Virus record (IMG/VR): IMGVR_UViG_3300050821_015552 | Coordinates: 1-64,000 of that record | Direction: 5' to 3' (one strand) | DNA: 64,000 nt | DNA from: a virus | Part shown: positions 36,422-46,133 of the stretch, in pieces | Position numbering within the stretch: the first letter of the stretch is position 1 | Layout of the letters: every line of letters starts with the position of its first letter | Notes under the pieces: generated by a model | The model's input: only the letters and a program-made list of their open reading frames with translations | Told to the model about the DNA's origin: nothing | Databases searched by the model: none | Position numbers and translations under genes: made by a program

Positions 36422-38017
36422 ATGGCCCGAGTTCAAGTAGCGTACGAGCAAGCGCACGAGTGCAAGGAAGGCTGCAACTGCGCGAAGGACAGCGGCTACC
36501 TCGACGCCGTCCAGCAATCGCTCGCCGATCTCGGCTCGGACGATCCGTCTGGCGACGTCGCCCGCCACGCCAAGTACGTCCGCGGCGCCCAGAAGGCTAG
36601 GCTCGAGCCCAAGCAGGCCGCCGCGATGATCCTCGCGATGAGCCGGCCCGACGAGGGCTACCAGCCCAGGTACAGGTTCGAGGACGTGGCGGAAACGGCG
36701 GCGCACGAGTACATCGCCGTCGACAGCCGGGGGAAGAAGGTGTTTGGGCCGACGCGGGACTACGGGGAGGCGAAGCTGCACGCAGATCGAAGCGGCGGCA
36801 CGGTGCGCTTCGAGATGAGCGCCAGCGAGAGTGCGGCCGAGAAGTCGGTGCTTTACTGGCGACACGAGAACGGTCAGTGGTACGGCAGTCCGCATCGTGC
36901 TCCGTACGCGAGGGGCGACTGGTTCGCGAACGTCTTTCAGGAGCTCGGCGGCAAGTGGGTCGCGCTCGCCAAGACGGACGTCGAGCGAGAGCTGCCCGAG
37001 AACGTCGGCTCCTTTCCTTCGGAGAAGACCGCCAAGCTGGGGAGTGAGAAGGCGTACCTGGAGTTCCTGCTCAAGAACCCGGAGTACCTTCCGCTGACGT
37101 CTTCCGCCGCGCCGCCATCACCCTCCGGCCTCCAACCCGGCTCCCGCGTCACCATCGAGCTCCCACTGCGCCCCGCCGGCTCCGGCGGCAGTGGCCATCC
37201 GAAGCTCGGCTACGTCGTCAAGCTCGGCAAGCGCGGCGCGCTGGTGGCGACCGCGGACGGCGAGGAGTGGTACCCGATCGACCGACTGACGTCCGACGGG
37301 TATGTCTCGCCAGACTACGCGCGGGAGCTGCCGTACGAGAAGCCGATCCGGTTCCATCGGGGGAGGCGTGAAGGGACGTACGAGGCGAGCGCTGGACACA
37401 TGGGTACGATGGTTTGCAGCCAGCGGTCACCGAATCGTCGCGCGAATCCTCCGGTGCTGCCGTGGGTGGTCATGATCAAGAAGGTCGAGATCGTTCAAGC
37501 GGCAAGCAAGCGCGAAGTTTTCCTGCTGGCTCAGGAATGGGCCAAGAGCCCAAAGCCGGCGGAGGAGCCTCCAGCAGCCGCCGAATGTACGCCGGTCATT
37601 CGTAACGGCCGGGTGGAGCGCTCGCCCGACTGCGGTTCGACAGGCGTTCGTCTCGCCTCGGCGAAGGACGTGTGGCTCATCACCAAGGACAAGTACGCGC
37701 GGCAGGGACACGAAACCTTTGAGGTGCTTGGCGCCAACCTGAACAACGAGATGGTCGACGGCCCGGTCACGGTCGCCGTCGGCCAGACGTCGGGCGTTCG
37801 CGTCGAGCCGGAGGCGATCATCATCGCGGCGCTCGGCCTGAAGAACGGTGGCAGCACCCAGATCTGGTGCTGTCACCCGCACCCAGGCGGTAGTCCGAAC
37901 CCGAGCGCGGCCGACAGAAACCTCGACAAGGCGATCCGTGAAGCGTTCGGGACGCTCAAGTCGCTCGAGTACAAGGGGCAAGTGGTCTGCACGCGAACGA
38001 CGTTCAAGCGCGTTTGA
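36422..38017 (+). CDS. Multidomain protein with C-terminal JAB/RadC domain
   Basis: ETFEVL...HPHPGGSPNPSAAD. Confidence 0.75.
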   Translation: MARVQVAYEQAHECKEGCNCAKDSGYLDAVQQSLADLGSDDPSGDVARHAKYVRGAQKARLEPKQAAAMILAMSRPDEGYQPRYRFEDVAETAAHEYIAVDSRGKKVFGPTRDYGEAKLHADRSGGTVRFEMSASESAAEKSVLYWRHENGQWYGSPHRAPYARGDWFANVFQELGGKWVALAKTDVERELPENVGSFPSEKTAKLGSEKAYLEFLLKNPEYLPLTSSAAPPSPSGLQPGSRVTIELPLRPAGSGGSGHPKLGYVVKLGKRGALVATADGEEWYPIDRLTSDGYVSPDYARELPYEKPIRFHRGRREGTYEASAGHMGTMVCSQRSPNRRANPPVLPWVVMIKKVEIVQAASKREVFLLAQEWAKSPKPAEEPPAAAECTPVIRNGRVERSPDCGSTGVRLASAKDVWLITKDKYARQGHETFEVLGANLNNEMVDGPVTVAVGQTSGVRVEPEAIIIAALGLKNGGSTQIWCCHPHPGGSPNPSAADRNLDKAIREAFGTLKSLEYKGQVVCTRTTFKRV

Positions 38018-38056
38018 CTCTTGCGCTCGGCAGGCAGAAAGCATTATTAGTGCTTC

Positions 38057-38665
38057 ATGCCCGTCTCAGTGCAGCAGCGCGTGAAGCAGATCCGCGACGA
38101 GGTCCAGTCCCGCCTCGATCTCACCGACGACCAGATGAAGGCTCTAGCGAGCCACGCCGCGATGAAGATCTCCCACGCCTCGGGCGACTGGGAGGCGGGC
38201 CGGCATGTTCCCTCGCAAGGCAAGGAAGCGTGGATCATCGTCGCGGCGTTCGATCACTCGCCGGCCGAGTACGATCACGGCGAGCAGGGCGAAGAGTGGA
38301 CGTATGGCGAGTCGCGCGTGTACGTGCTCTGCCCCGCCGACGTCTTCGGGCCGCTTCGTGATCAGATCGTCGCGCCGGGCAGCGAAATGGTCTGCATGCT
38401 CTACCGCCTGTTTCAGAACGGCCTGCTCATCGCCAAGCCCAAGAGCGAGCCGGCGTTCGTCGACTGCTTGTGCGACGAGTTCGAGGTTTTGAAAAACATG
38501 GCCGGAATCGGCGACGAGGACGATGAAGAAGAGACGTGGGAGTGCCCTGGCTGCGGCGCCGAGAACGACGACGACATGGGCGACGGGGACGACGAGACCG
38601 AGGCGACCAAGGTCAGCTTCTGCGCGAAGTGTGGCGCAGCCCGCGTGGAAGTCGTCCCTCAGTAG
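38057..38665 (+). CDS. Acidic protein with zinc ribbon
   Basis: CPGC...CAKC. Confidence 0.7.
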   Translation: MPVSVQQRVKQIRDEVQSRLDLTDDQMKALASHAAMKISHASGDWEAGRHVPSQGKEAWIIVAAFDHSPAEYDHGEQGEEWTYGESRVYVLCPADVFGPLRDQIVAPGSEMVCMLYRLFQNGLLIAKPKSEPAFVDCLCDEFEVLKNMAGIGDEDDEEETWECPGCGAENDDDMGDGDDETEATKVSFCAKCGAARVEVVPQ

Positions 38666-38690
38666 CGCCTCCTGGGCTATCCTCTGAGCC

Positions 38691-40241
38691 ATGACCACGT
38701 CCGTCCCGTTCGATCTTCCGCCCGACGATCCGCCCGCCGAAGCCAATGGGGCTTCGGTCGAGGACGACGGTCGACGCAAGCGTTCACCGCCGAGCGGTGG
38801 CGGCAGGGGCGGCCAGCAGGAGATCCGTCGACAGCCCCCGGCTGCCGGCGCTCCCAAGCCGCCCAACCCGGCCCTGGTGCGCGCTGCCTCCGAAGACCCC
38901 GGCGATCTCGAAGCCTGGCCGCGCGACGCCTTCAAGCTCTGGCCGCGCATCATCGACCACATCGGCAAGACGAATCCCCCGCTGCAGCCCGAGGAGGTCA
39001 CGATCAGCGTGACGCGAGCGCCCCTGGGGCCGTCCATCCGCGGGCCCAAGGACGACGAGGCAGCGGGCTACATCAACATGGGCGAGATCAACGGCGGAGC
39101 GGTCGCGGGCTTCGGCGGGATGACCGCGAGCGACTCGCTTCGCTACCACCTCGTCAGCCAGTTCCACTCCATCGGTCCCAACGGTAGCACCAAGGGCGCG
39201 GGGCCGTCGCACTACAAGCTCGAGTTCTCCTACGTGCGCAACGGCGCGCCCATCAAAACCGGGCACGTCGATCTGGACAGCTACTCGACGCTCGTCATGG
39301 TCCGCGAGCGCGGCGAGCAGCTAGCCGAGCAGATCCGCAAGGCGCAGGAGATCGGCGAGAGCGGCGAAGCGGGCAGACTACCGCCGCTCGGCACGCTGCC
39401 CGGCATGCCAGGACGCGTCGCCCAGACGCACGTGAGCACCATGTCGCCGGAGATGGCGATCGAGTGGGGCAAGATGCAGGCTCGCGAGGAGATGCGCGCC
39501 GAGCAGGAGAACCGACCCGTGCGCGAGGTGCCGCCTCCTACGGGCGTACCGAACAACGACGCGGCCATCGCGTGGGAACGCGAGAAGGCGCAGATGCAGC
39601 TTGCGGCGGAGAAGGACAAGAAGGAGCTCGAGCTTCGCATCAGAGACATGGAGATGAAGCAGGCAGCCGATGCTGCTGCTCGCGAGCGCGACGCTCTCCT
39701 GAACCGTCTTGCCTCCCTCGAAGCCCGCATCAATTCGCCCGGCGAGAGCGACGAAGCGAAGATGCTCAAGCACCTGATCGCCCTGGGCGTCCTGCAGGTC
39801 GGCCCCGACGGCAAACCGGTGCCCGTGGGCGCGGGAGCGTCGTACACGCCTCCGGGTAAGGCCCAGACCCCCGAGCAGCAGCTGCTCGAGGCGGCGCGCG
39901 TCATCGCCGAGGGGCAGAAGGCCAGCGAGCAGACGCGCGAGACGCTGCGCAAGACGTTCAACCTCGAGAACCCGACGACGGAGATCGTCAAGGACGAGCC
40001 GGAGGACAAGAAGGAGCCCACCTGGTTCGACAAGGTCATCGGCGTGGCCGGTGGCATTCTCGAAGGCGCCGTGAAGAACCCCGAGGGGCCGCTGACGGCG
40101 CTGGCGACGTTCACCAAGGGCTCGCAGGCCGGGCAGATGTTCGAGGGGCTCGCGCAGGCTGCAGCGGCGGGCAAGGCGGCCGTCAACGCTTCGCGGGTGT
40201 CGCCGCCTTCTGGGGGCGCCGGGTTCAAGTCGAACGCGTGA
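38691..40241 (+). CDS. Large coiled-coil protein, possibly structural or membrane-associated
   Basis: Central coiled coil; amphipathic C-terminus; VGAG motif. Confidence 0.8.
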   Translation: MTTSVPFDLPPDDPPAEANGASVEDDGRRKRSPPSGGGRGGQQEIRRQPPAAGAPKPPNPALVRAASEDPGDLEAWPRDAFKLWPRIIDHIGKTNPPLQPEEVTISVTRAPLGPSIRGPKDDEAAGYINMGEINGGAVAGFGGMTASDSLRYHLVSQFHSIGPNGSTKGAGPSHYKLEFSYVRNGAPIKTGHVDLDSYSTLVMVRERGEQLAEQIRKAQEIGESGEAGRLPPLGTLPGMPGRVAQTHVSTMSPEMAIEWGKMQAREEMRAEQENRPVREVPPPTGVPNNDAAIAWEREKAQMQLAAEKDKKELELRIRDMEMKQAADAAARERDALLNRLASLEARINSPGESDEAKMLKHLIALGVLQVGPDGKPVPVGAGASYTPPGKAQTPEQQLLEAARVIAEGQKASEQTRETLRKTFNLENPTTEIVKDEPEDKKEPTWFDKVIGVAGGILEGAVKNPEGPLTALATFTKGSQAGQMFEGLAQAAAAGKAAVNASRVSPPSGGAGFKSNA

Positions 40242-40489
40242 AACCGCGCGTCCCGATCACGGCCGAAGCCGTGCGAGCCCATGGGCGACGCACGGTCTGC
40301 GCAGCGACGGAAGCGTGTCGCATCTGTGGCCTGCTCAATCGGGTGTTCCTTGATGAGATCCGGCTGTCGATCGGCAAGGAGCGCATGCCACGGGGGCCCA
40401 GGAGCGAAAGGGGCGCAGGGCCGCAGAACTTCGGGCAGAGCCACGCGTGGCGGCAGGATGGCCGAGTTTCGGTCTTCCGGCACGAGTGA
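40238..40489 (+). CDS. Small basic protein (CRIC)
   Basis: Coupled start. Confidence 0.5.
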   Translation: MKPRVPITAEAVRAHGRRTVCAATEACRICGLLNRVFLDEIRLSIGKERMPRGPRSERGAGPQNFGQSHAWRQDGRVSVFRHE

Positions 40490-40504
40490 GGTAGACTGCT
40501 TCGC

Positions 40505-40753
40505 ATGCGCTGCTCCTGCGGCCAGCACGACTTGCCCGAGGGCCGTCAGACCCCGTGTCACTTCTGCGGGCACCCCACGCTGTCGGAGCCGGTCGTCATG
40601 TGGGACATGGGGCTGTTCTGGTACCCCATTTGTCATGCCTGCACGCAGACGGTCCCCTTCGAGCAGCAGAGGGTGACGGTGCACCTCGCGCCTCCGGAGC
40701 TGGTCGCTCGCGCGCACGCTCATGGGCCGCCCTGTGTCGAGCGGAGGGCCTGA
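40505..40753 (+). CDS. Small zinc-binding protein
   Basis: SD GAGG; CSC, CHFC, CHAC. Confidence 0.6.
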   Translation: MRCSCGQHDLPEGRQTPCHFCGHPTLSEPVVMWDMGLFWYPICHACTQTVPFEQQRVTVHLAPPELVARAHAHGPPCVERRA

Positions 40754-40756
40754 GCG

Positions 40757-41743
40757 ATGGGCGACGAGAAGCGCGTCTGGACGATCTACTGCCACACCTC
40801 TCCGAGCGGGAAGAGGTACGTGGGTCAGACGCGCAAGACGATGGAACAGCGATGGAATGAGCATGTGTCTGTATCGCGCTGCCCCTCGCGGCGACGCCTG
40901 TACACCGTCTTCCACGCTGCCATCAGAAAATATGGGCCCGAAGCATTCCAGCATGAAGTGCTGGCGGTATCCGGTACGCGAGAAGAGGCGAACGCTGTCG
41001 AGGCAGACTGGATCAAGAGACTCAATACGCTGCTCCCTCATGGCTACAACGTTGATCCTGGGGCGGTAGGGTATGTCGAGCGCGGTGACGAGACGCGCCG
41101 TCGTATGCGTGAGACTCAGATGTCCAAGACGCCCGAAGAGCGCCGAGATTTGTCACTTCGTGCAGCCGCTGCACAAACACCAGAAGAACGTCGTCAGAAG
41201 GCGCTCAAGGGTGCAGCGGCCCAGACCCCGGAGCAGCGTCGGGAGAAGGCGCTCAAGGCAGCGGCGGCGCAGACGCCTGAACAGCGGAGCGCGAAAGCGC
41301 AAAAACGTTGGGACAACGCAACACCGGAGCAACGAGCACATCACGCCCAAAAGGTACGTGAGTCCAAGCGTGAGGCTGCGACGGTACGGCGAGAAGAAAA
41401 GGCCAAACTCCACGCGTCTCCTGAATGGCAGGCCAAGATCGCAGCGGAAAGAGAGGCCAGCCGTATCGCCGCGATCGAGAAGCAACGTACGGCGCGGTTG
41501 GAGTGGTGGGCCAAGAGGACGCCTGAGCAGCGACACACGCACGGTTTGACGGTGGCCGCTACAGCGCGCGCAAACGGACGCGTTCGAAAGCCGAAGCGGA
41601 AGCCGCCGCTGAAGCCACGTGGTCATATCGCATTGAAAGCGTGGGTCACCCGTCGTCGCAGGCAACGCGAGCGTGAGTTCTCGAAGCTGGTGACAGAGAT
41701 CGCCGCGCAACCGATTGCGACCGATCTTGGGTACGGGTGCTGA
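40757..41743 (+). CDS. GIY-YIG homing endonuclease with tandem helical repeats
   Basis: TIYCHT...RYVGQT...RW, HGYN; repeated AAAQTPEQR. Confidence 0.88.
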   Translation: MGDEKRVWTIYCHTSPSGKRYVGQTRKTMEQRWNEHVSVSRCPSRRRLYTVFHAAIRKYGPEAFQHEVLAVSGTREEANAVEADWIKRLNTLLPHGYNVDPGAVGYVERGDETRRRMRETQMSKTPEERRDLSLRAAAAQTPEERRQKALKGAAAQTPEQRREKALKAAAAQTPEQRSAKAQKRWDNATPEQRAHHAQKVRESKREAATVRREEKAKLHASPEWQAKIAAEREASRIAAIEKQRTARLEWWAKRTPEQRHTHGLTVAATARANGRVRKPKRKPPLKPRGHIALKAWVTRRRRQREREFSKLVTEIAAQPIATDLGYGC

Positions 41744-41746
41744 TCC

Positions 41747-42898
41747 ATGACGCCTCTTCTGTCGTACCTGACGCCGACGCTCAATCGGCCGCAGACGCAT
41801 CAATCGCTCTACGAGGGCTACGCCGCCGACACCTGGCCCAACAAAGAGCTCGTGGTGCTCGACGAGAGCGCGCAGCCGTCGCCTTTCTTCTCGCGTCTGA
41901 CGGACGCGACCGTCCGCTACTTCCACGAGCCAGGCAAACCTCGCGTTGAAGGAGTCACGCGCATTGGGGCTGCACGCAACAGACTAACAAGGTTGTCGCG
42001 TGGCGCTTACCTTGCTGCCAGGGACGACGACGATTCATACGATCCTGCGTGGGGCACATTCGCCATCGGGCGTCTAGGGAACGCAGACGCGCTTAAATTG
42101 ACGACGTACAAGCTGCTTCATCAGGCAACCGGACTTCTGTTCCTCTGGCGGTCGACTGAGGTCGCGAGCAAACATTGGGCGCTGCTCGGCGATCGGATCA
42201 AGCGTGTCGAGGTCGCAGCGGGCGAGATGCCCGCTGACTTCATCGAGAAGATGAAGTTGTGGTACGGCTTCTCGCTCGTCGCGCCCAGGCGTACGTTCGA
42301 ACGCTTCCCGTTCCCCGAGGAGGGGACCGAAGACATCAAGTTCTTGGAGGATGTTCTCGAAGGAGGCGGGCGCATCGTATTCGTGGACGACGCGCCCGAC
42401 ATGATCCTTCACGTCATCGGCAGTTCCCAATCGCAACACGCCTATCCGGCGACCCTCATCGGCGCCGCAGGAGCCGATACTTCGCTCGCCGAGATGCTGC
42501 AGGGCATGATCTCCCTACCCGATGGGCAGTCGATCCAGATCACACCTGCAGCCAAGTTCGCCGTCCTGGCAGCTATCGACGAAAAATACTCGCTCCGGAA
42601 CATCGGCATCCGCGCCAAGGACGGCGGCCTGGTCATCGACTCGATCCGGGACAACGTCCCGCCGGGTGAGTTCGGCGCTGCCGCTCCGCCAGACGGGATG
42701 CGCCTTGTGCTCGCCGTCGGAGAGGGGACCAAGGCCAAGACGCTGCCGTGGAAGGCCCCCGGTTTCCTGTCGGCGTTCGAGAAGAGCCACGTCGTCAAGG
42801 CCTGGTCGTCGGCTCCTTTTGTGGGGGCGGGCGAAGCGTGCGACACTCTGCCCATGCACGGGTACGCAGCGGCCATCTTCGGACGGAGGGTGCGATGA
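41747..42898 (+). CDS. GT2-family glycosyltransferase with extra C-terminal domain
   Basis: SYLTPTLNRP, ELVVLDES, IGAARN, RDDDD. Confidence 0.8.
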   Translation: MTPLLSYLTPTLNRPQTHQSLYEGYAADTWPNKELVVLDESAQPSPFFSRLTDATVRYFHEPGKPRVEGVTRIGAARNRLTRLSRGAYLAARDDDDSYDPAWGTFAIGRLGNADALKLTTYKLLHQATGLLFLWRSTEVASKHWALLGDRIKRVEVAAGEMPADFIEKMKLWYGFSLVAPRRTFERFPFPEEGTEDIKFLEDVLEGGGRIVFVDDAPDMILHVIGSSQSQHAYPATLIGAAGADTSLAEMLQGMISLPDGQSIQITPAAKFAVLAAIDEKYSLRNIGIRAKDGGLVIDSIRDNVPPGEFGAAAPPDGMRLVLAVGEGTKAKTLPWKAPGFLSAFEKSHVVKAWSSAPFVGAGEACDTLPMHGYAAAIFGRRVR

Positions 42899-43461
42899 GT
42901 CCAGAGGCGGCCAGCACGGCCAAAACAGCCATCTACGTCGTCGGCGGGCTCGTCGTGTTCACGACAATCGTCGGCGTTGCCATCTTCGCGGTCGGTGCGA
43001 AGGCGGTGAGTAACGCCGCCAACAACAACAACAACGGCAAGACGCTCGCAACCGGCTCGACCTCGGCGCCCTTCGTCGTTCCGCAGAACGACTTCATCGT
43101 CATCTCCTACGTCAACGGGCCGTATCCGTTGCCAACAGTTGCCCAGGCGCAGGCAGCGCTCGACGCTGTGTCGCCTGGCATGTGGCAGGTGCAGAACGTT
43201 CAGGAGGGGGCCGCGGGTACCTGGCAGCACCAGGGCGCGTTCGATGTGAGCGCGATCTATCTCGGTGGTCCATCCACGTACGTGACCAACGACGCGCTAC
43301 TGAGCGGGTGGACGACCGTCGTGGCGCAGCCGAACTCGGGTCTGTCGTGGACGCCCAACACTCCGGCCTTCGCACTTACTGCCGTGCAGGACTTCGGCCC
43401 GTCGGGCACCGGGTCTGGTGCGGCACAAGGCTATGCCGCCGCCATCGGGGTCGGACGATGA
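42895..43461 (+). CDS. Membrane-anchored putative virion protein
   Basis: N-terminal TM; ends GYAAAIGVGR. Confidence 0.75.
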   Translation: MSPEAASTAKTAIYVVGGLVVFTTIVGVAIFAVGAKAVSNAANNNNNGKTLATGSTSAPFVVPQNDFIVISYVNGPYPLPTVAQAQAALDAVSPGMWQVQNVQEGAAGTWQHQGAFDVSAIYLGGPSTYVTNDALLSGWTTVVAQPNSGLSWTPNTPAFALTAVQDFGPSGTGSGAAQGYAAAIGVGR

Positions 43462-43826
43462 GCTACGCAGACGCCATCTTCGGGGCCGGCAAACACACTT
43501 CGACGCTCGGCCCGCGTGGCGAGCCGCTCGGAGCCGCCGAGGTCGTCGAGCGCTACGATCCGAAGCGGTACGCCGGTCGTGAGCCGCCGCATCGGTGCAC
43601 GGTCGCATCGGCGACAGCGATTGCGCAGCAGCTACCGGGGGCGCCGTGGAAGTTCCAAGGTGAGCTGCCCGTGGGATCGGCGCTGCCGTGGCCGACGACC
43701 GAGCACGTCTACCCAGTCGTGACCCCGATGGGGAAGAAGAACATCCCCGTGCAGGTGACCGCCGACGGTCAGCACATCTCGACAACCTGCCCGTACACCG
43801 GGGCCGTCTGGACCTTCGGGAAGTAG
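43458..43826 (+). CDS. Hypothetical protein with N-terminal YADAIFGAG motif
   Basis: ATGA coupling. Confidence 0.7.
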   Translation: MSYADAIFGAGKHTSTLGPRGEPLGAAEVVERYDPKRYAGREPPHRCTVASATAIAQQLPGAPWKFQGELPVGSALPWPTTEHVYPVVTPMGKKNIPVQVTADGQHISTTCPYTGAVWTFGK

Positions 43827-43832
43827 TCCACC

Positions 43833-44522
43833 ATGCCGGCCAAGTTTCTTCCGCGGGAGCAGCCGCCCGAGCATAGATGCTCGTGTTGCCGCGAGTTGAA
43901 GCCCAGAGAGTCGTTCAACAAAAACCACCGGACGCCTAGCGGCCTGCAGTACGTGTGCAAAGAGTGTCTTCGTACGAATCGTGTCCCATACCGAAAGAAG
44001 CGCCTAGAGAAGGAAAAGCGCATGCGTGCGGAACGGATGGGGACCGAGGAGCACGTACGCTTCTTGCGCAAGCATCGAGGCTTCAAGTACCACGTTGACG
44101 TTGAAGCGTTGTGGGTCGAGCAGGGCGGACTTTGCGGCCTGTGTGGGGAACCCATGCTGCCGGCCGGCAATTCGTTGGATGCCGTTGCCGTGGATCATGA
44201 TCGTGCGTGCTGTCCCACAAACAAATTCTCGTGCGGACAATGCGTGCGTGATTTGATCCACAAGCGATGCAATGTTTTGCTGGGGCACGCAAAAGACAAC
44301 CCCGTCACGTTGCGTCGCGCGGTCGGCTATATCGAGCGCTGGAGCGGCCGAAAGCGTGGCGTGATGAAGTGGAGAAAGAAAGACGTTGGGGTGCGGGCAC
44401 CACAGATTCGGGCGGAGAACGCCAAGTTGTTTCGCCAGCAGTCGCATGACTGGTTCTCGGCGATCCTCTTAGACCGCACCCTCGATCAGTTCGTCGCAGA
44501 AGATGTCGGGACGCTCCAATGA
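43833..44522 (+). CDS. Endonuclease VII-like HNH endonuclease
   Basis: CSCC...CKEC N-terminus; CGLC...VDHD...VRDLIHKRCN; lower GC. Confidence 0.85.
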   Translation: MPAKFLPREQPPEHRCSCCRELKPRESFNKNHRTPSGLQYVCKECLRTNRVPYRKKRLEKEKRMRAERMGTEEHVRFLRKHRGFKYHVDVEALWVEQGGLCGLCGEPMLPAGNSLDAVAVDHDRACCPTNKFSCGQCVRDLIHKRCNVLLGHAKDNPVTLRRAVGYIERWSGRKRGVMKWRKKDVGVRAPQIRAENAKLFRQQSHDWFSAILLDRTLDQFVAEDVGTLQ

Positions 44523-45097
44523 ACAACACCGCCCGCTACGCCGTGTGGATGGCCAGCCTCGGAGTCCTGGGGGCCGGCGGCGGCTATCTCCTGCGCAAGG
44601 ACGCCAAGAGAAACGCCATCGTCGGCGGCGCGGTCGGCGGCCTGGTCTCTGGTCTCGGCCTGGGTGTCGTGCTCGCGTACCTGACGGAGCCGAGCCCCGC
44701 CAGCAAGATCGCTGGCTCCAAGTCTCCGCCCGCTGGCGGCTGCCCCGCGGGGACGTACTGGAACGGCAACGCGTGCATCCATCAGGTCGTCTTCCAGGGG
44801 CCGCAGCCGCCGCAGCAGATGACGAGCCTGACGCTCGACGCCGGCAACCTGAGCCCGCCGCCGATCAAGACCTACTCCGGCATCTTCAACGTCTACTCGC
44901 CCCCGGTGCAGGGAAACACGGGTGGCGGCTGGATCAACTCAGCGTCGTCCAACCCGGCTATCTGGACCCCGCTGGTCAACTACCAATCGAGCTCGCTGCA
45001 GGTTCTGTTGACGGATGTCGCGGGTACGGTCTCGGTCGTCTGGTACGACGCGGCCAGCGGCCGGACGCTCACGACGAACCTGCGGTTCGTGGCGTAG
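44519..45097 (+). CDS. Two-TM membrane protein with beta-rich ectodomain
   Basis: Two N-terminal hydrophobic helices; CPAGTYWNGNAC. Confidence 0.75.
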   Translation: MNNTARYAVWMASLGVLGAGGGYLLRKDAKRNAIVGGAVGGLVSGLGLGVVLAYLTEPSPASKIAGSKSPPAGGCPAGTYWNGNACIHQVVFQGPQPPQQMTSLTLDAGNLSPPPIKTYSGIFNVYSPPVQGNTGGGWINSASSNPAIWTPLVNYQSSSLQVLLTDVAGTVSVVWYDAASGRTLTTNLRFVA

Positions 45098-45135
45098 ATT
45101 CGACCCCGGCCAGGAAGCGGCGTAGTCTCAGCGAC

Positions 45136-45864
45136 ATGACTCGTGGAGAGAAGATCCTCGCCTGGGGCGCCGCCGGCATCACCGCGGTCCTGGTGACTTT
45201 CGGCATCATCGAGGCGGTCAAGTCCAAGCCCTCTTTGTCGACCCCTACGACGACCGGCACCACGATGTCGATCCTGCTGACCGCCCCCTCGGGCGCTCAG
45301 AACCTCGGCATCGTCGCGCTGCCCGCAGGAGCCACGCTCATCTTGGGCGCTCCGCAGGGAGGCAGCGTCGGCAACGTGTCGTTCACCGGTACGGCCGCGA
45401 AGGTTGCTGCTCAGACCGGGACCGCTGTTTCGATCCAGTGGACCAGCCAGAGCCCCACGGGCCCCTCGCAGGCCACGATTACGTGGACCGACGCCGCCAA
45501 CGCCTCGCACACGTCCACCGTGCAGATCGTGCCCGAGCTGTCCTCGACGGTCATCGGCCTGGCCGTCGGCACGATGCCCGATCTCTGGCTGCCGGCGTCG
45601 AGCTCCACGGTCACCGGAGAGATGCTCTTCGTGCCGCCCGCGCAACAGTCCACCGACAGGCAGCTGCCGGTCATCAACAACGGATCGGTGACCACGGGCA
45701 CGAGCGTTACCGGAACGTTCATGCCCGGCACCACAGCGTCTCCCGGGGGCAGCTTCGGCGTCGTGGCCGCAGCCAACGGGACGAGCAACGTGGCGATCAA
45801 CTGGACCGACGGCTCGGGCAACTCGCAGGTGTCGAACTTCGCCGTGACCGTGCTGCCGAACTGA
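45136..45864 (+). CDS. N-terminally anchored beta-rich protein
   Basis: EKILAWG TM anchor; two similar beta domains (ITWTDA / INWTDG). Confidence 0.75.
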   Translation: MTRGEKILAWGAAGITAVLVTFGIIEAVKSKPSLSTPTTTGTTMSILLTAPSGAQNLGIVALPAGATLILGAPQGGSVGNVSFTGTAAKVAAQTGTAVSIQWTSQSPTGPSQATITWTDAANASHTSTVQIVPELSSTVIGLAVGTMPDLWLPASSSTVTGEMLFVPPAQQSTDRQLPVINNGSVTTGTSVTGTFMPGTTASPGGSFGVVAAANGTSNVAINWTDGSGNSQVSNFAVTVLPN

Positions 45865-45866
45865 CG

Positions 45867-46133
45867 ATGGTCTGGACGGCCATCCTCGCCGCCTGGATCA
45901 CGCTCGGCTTGGGCCGGATGCCGTACGTGTGGGCCGAGATGCTCTCGGGCATGCGCAAGAAGTACCCGGAGCTATACGAGCACGTGAACTGCCCCCATTG
46001 CCGCCGCAAGAGGGCCTGGACCCGTTGGCACTCGTACATCGTCGCGACACTCATCCTGCTTCCCATCGCGGCGCTGGTGGGCCCCTTTGGGTGGTGGTTC
46101 GGTCGTCTTGGCCAAGGGACGAAGTTGTCGTGA
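45867..46133 (+). CDS. Small two-TM protein
   Basis: Two hydrophobic stretches around CPHC. Confidence 0.6.
   Translation: MVWTAILAAWITLGLGRMPYVWAEMLSGMRKKYPELYEHVNCPHCRRKRAWTRWHSYIVATLILLPIAALVGPFGWWFGRLGQGTKLS

Noticed and set aside
38691-40241. Tape measure or portal protein
   Set aside because: Coiled coil only; no tail-gene context or recognisable motifs.
43019-43035. AAC microsatellite as a phase-variation tract
   Set aside because: Short in-frame poly-Asn run; slippage would not shift the frame.
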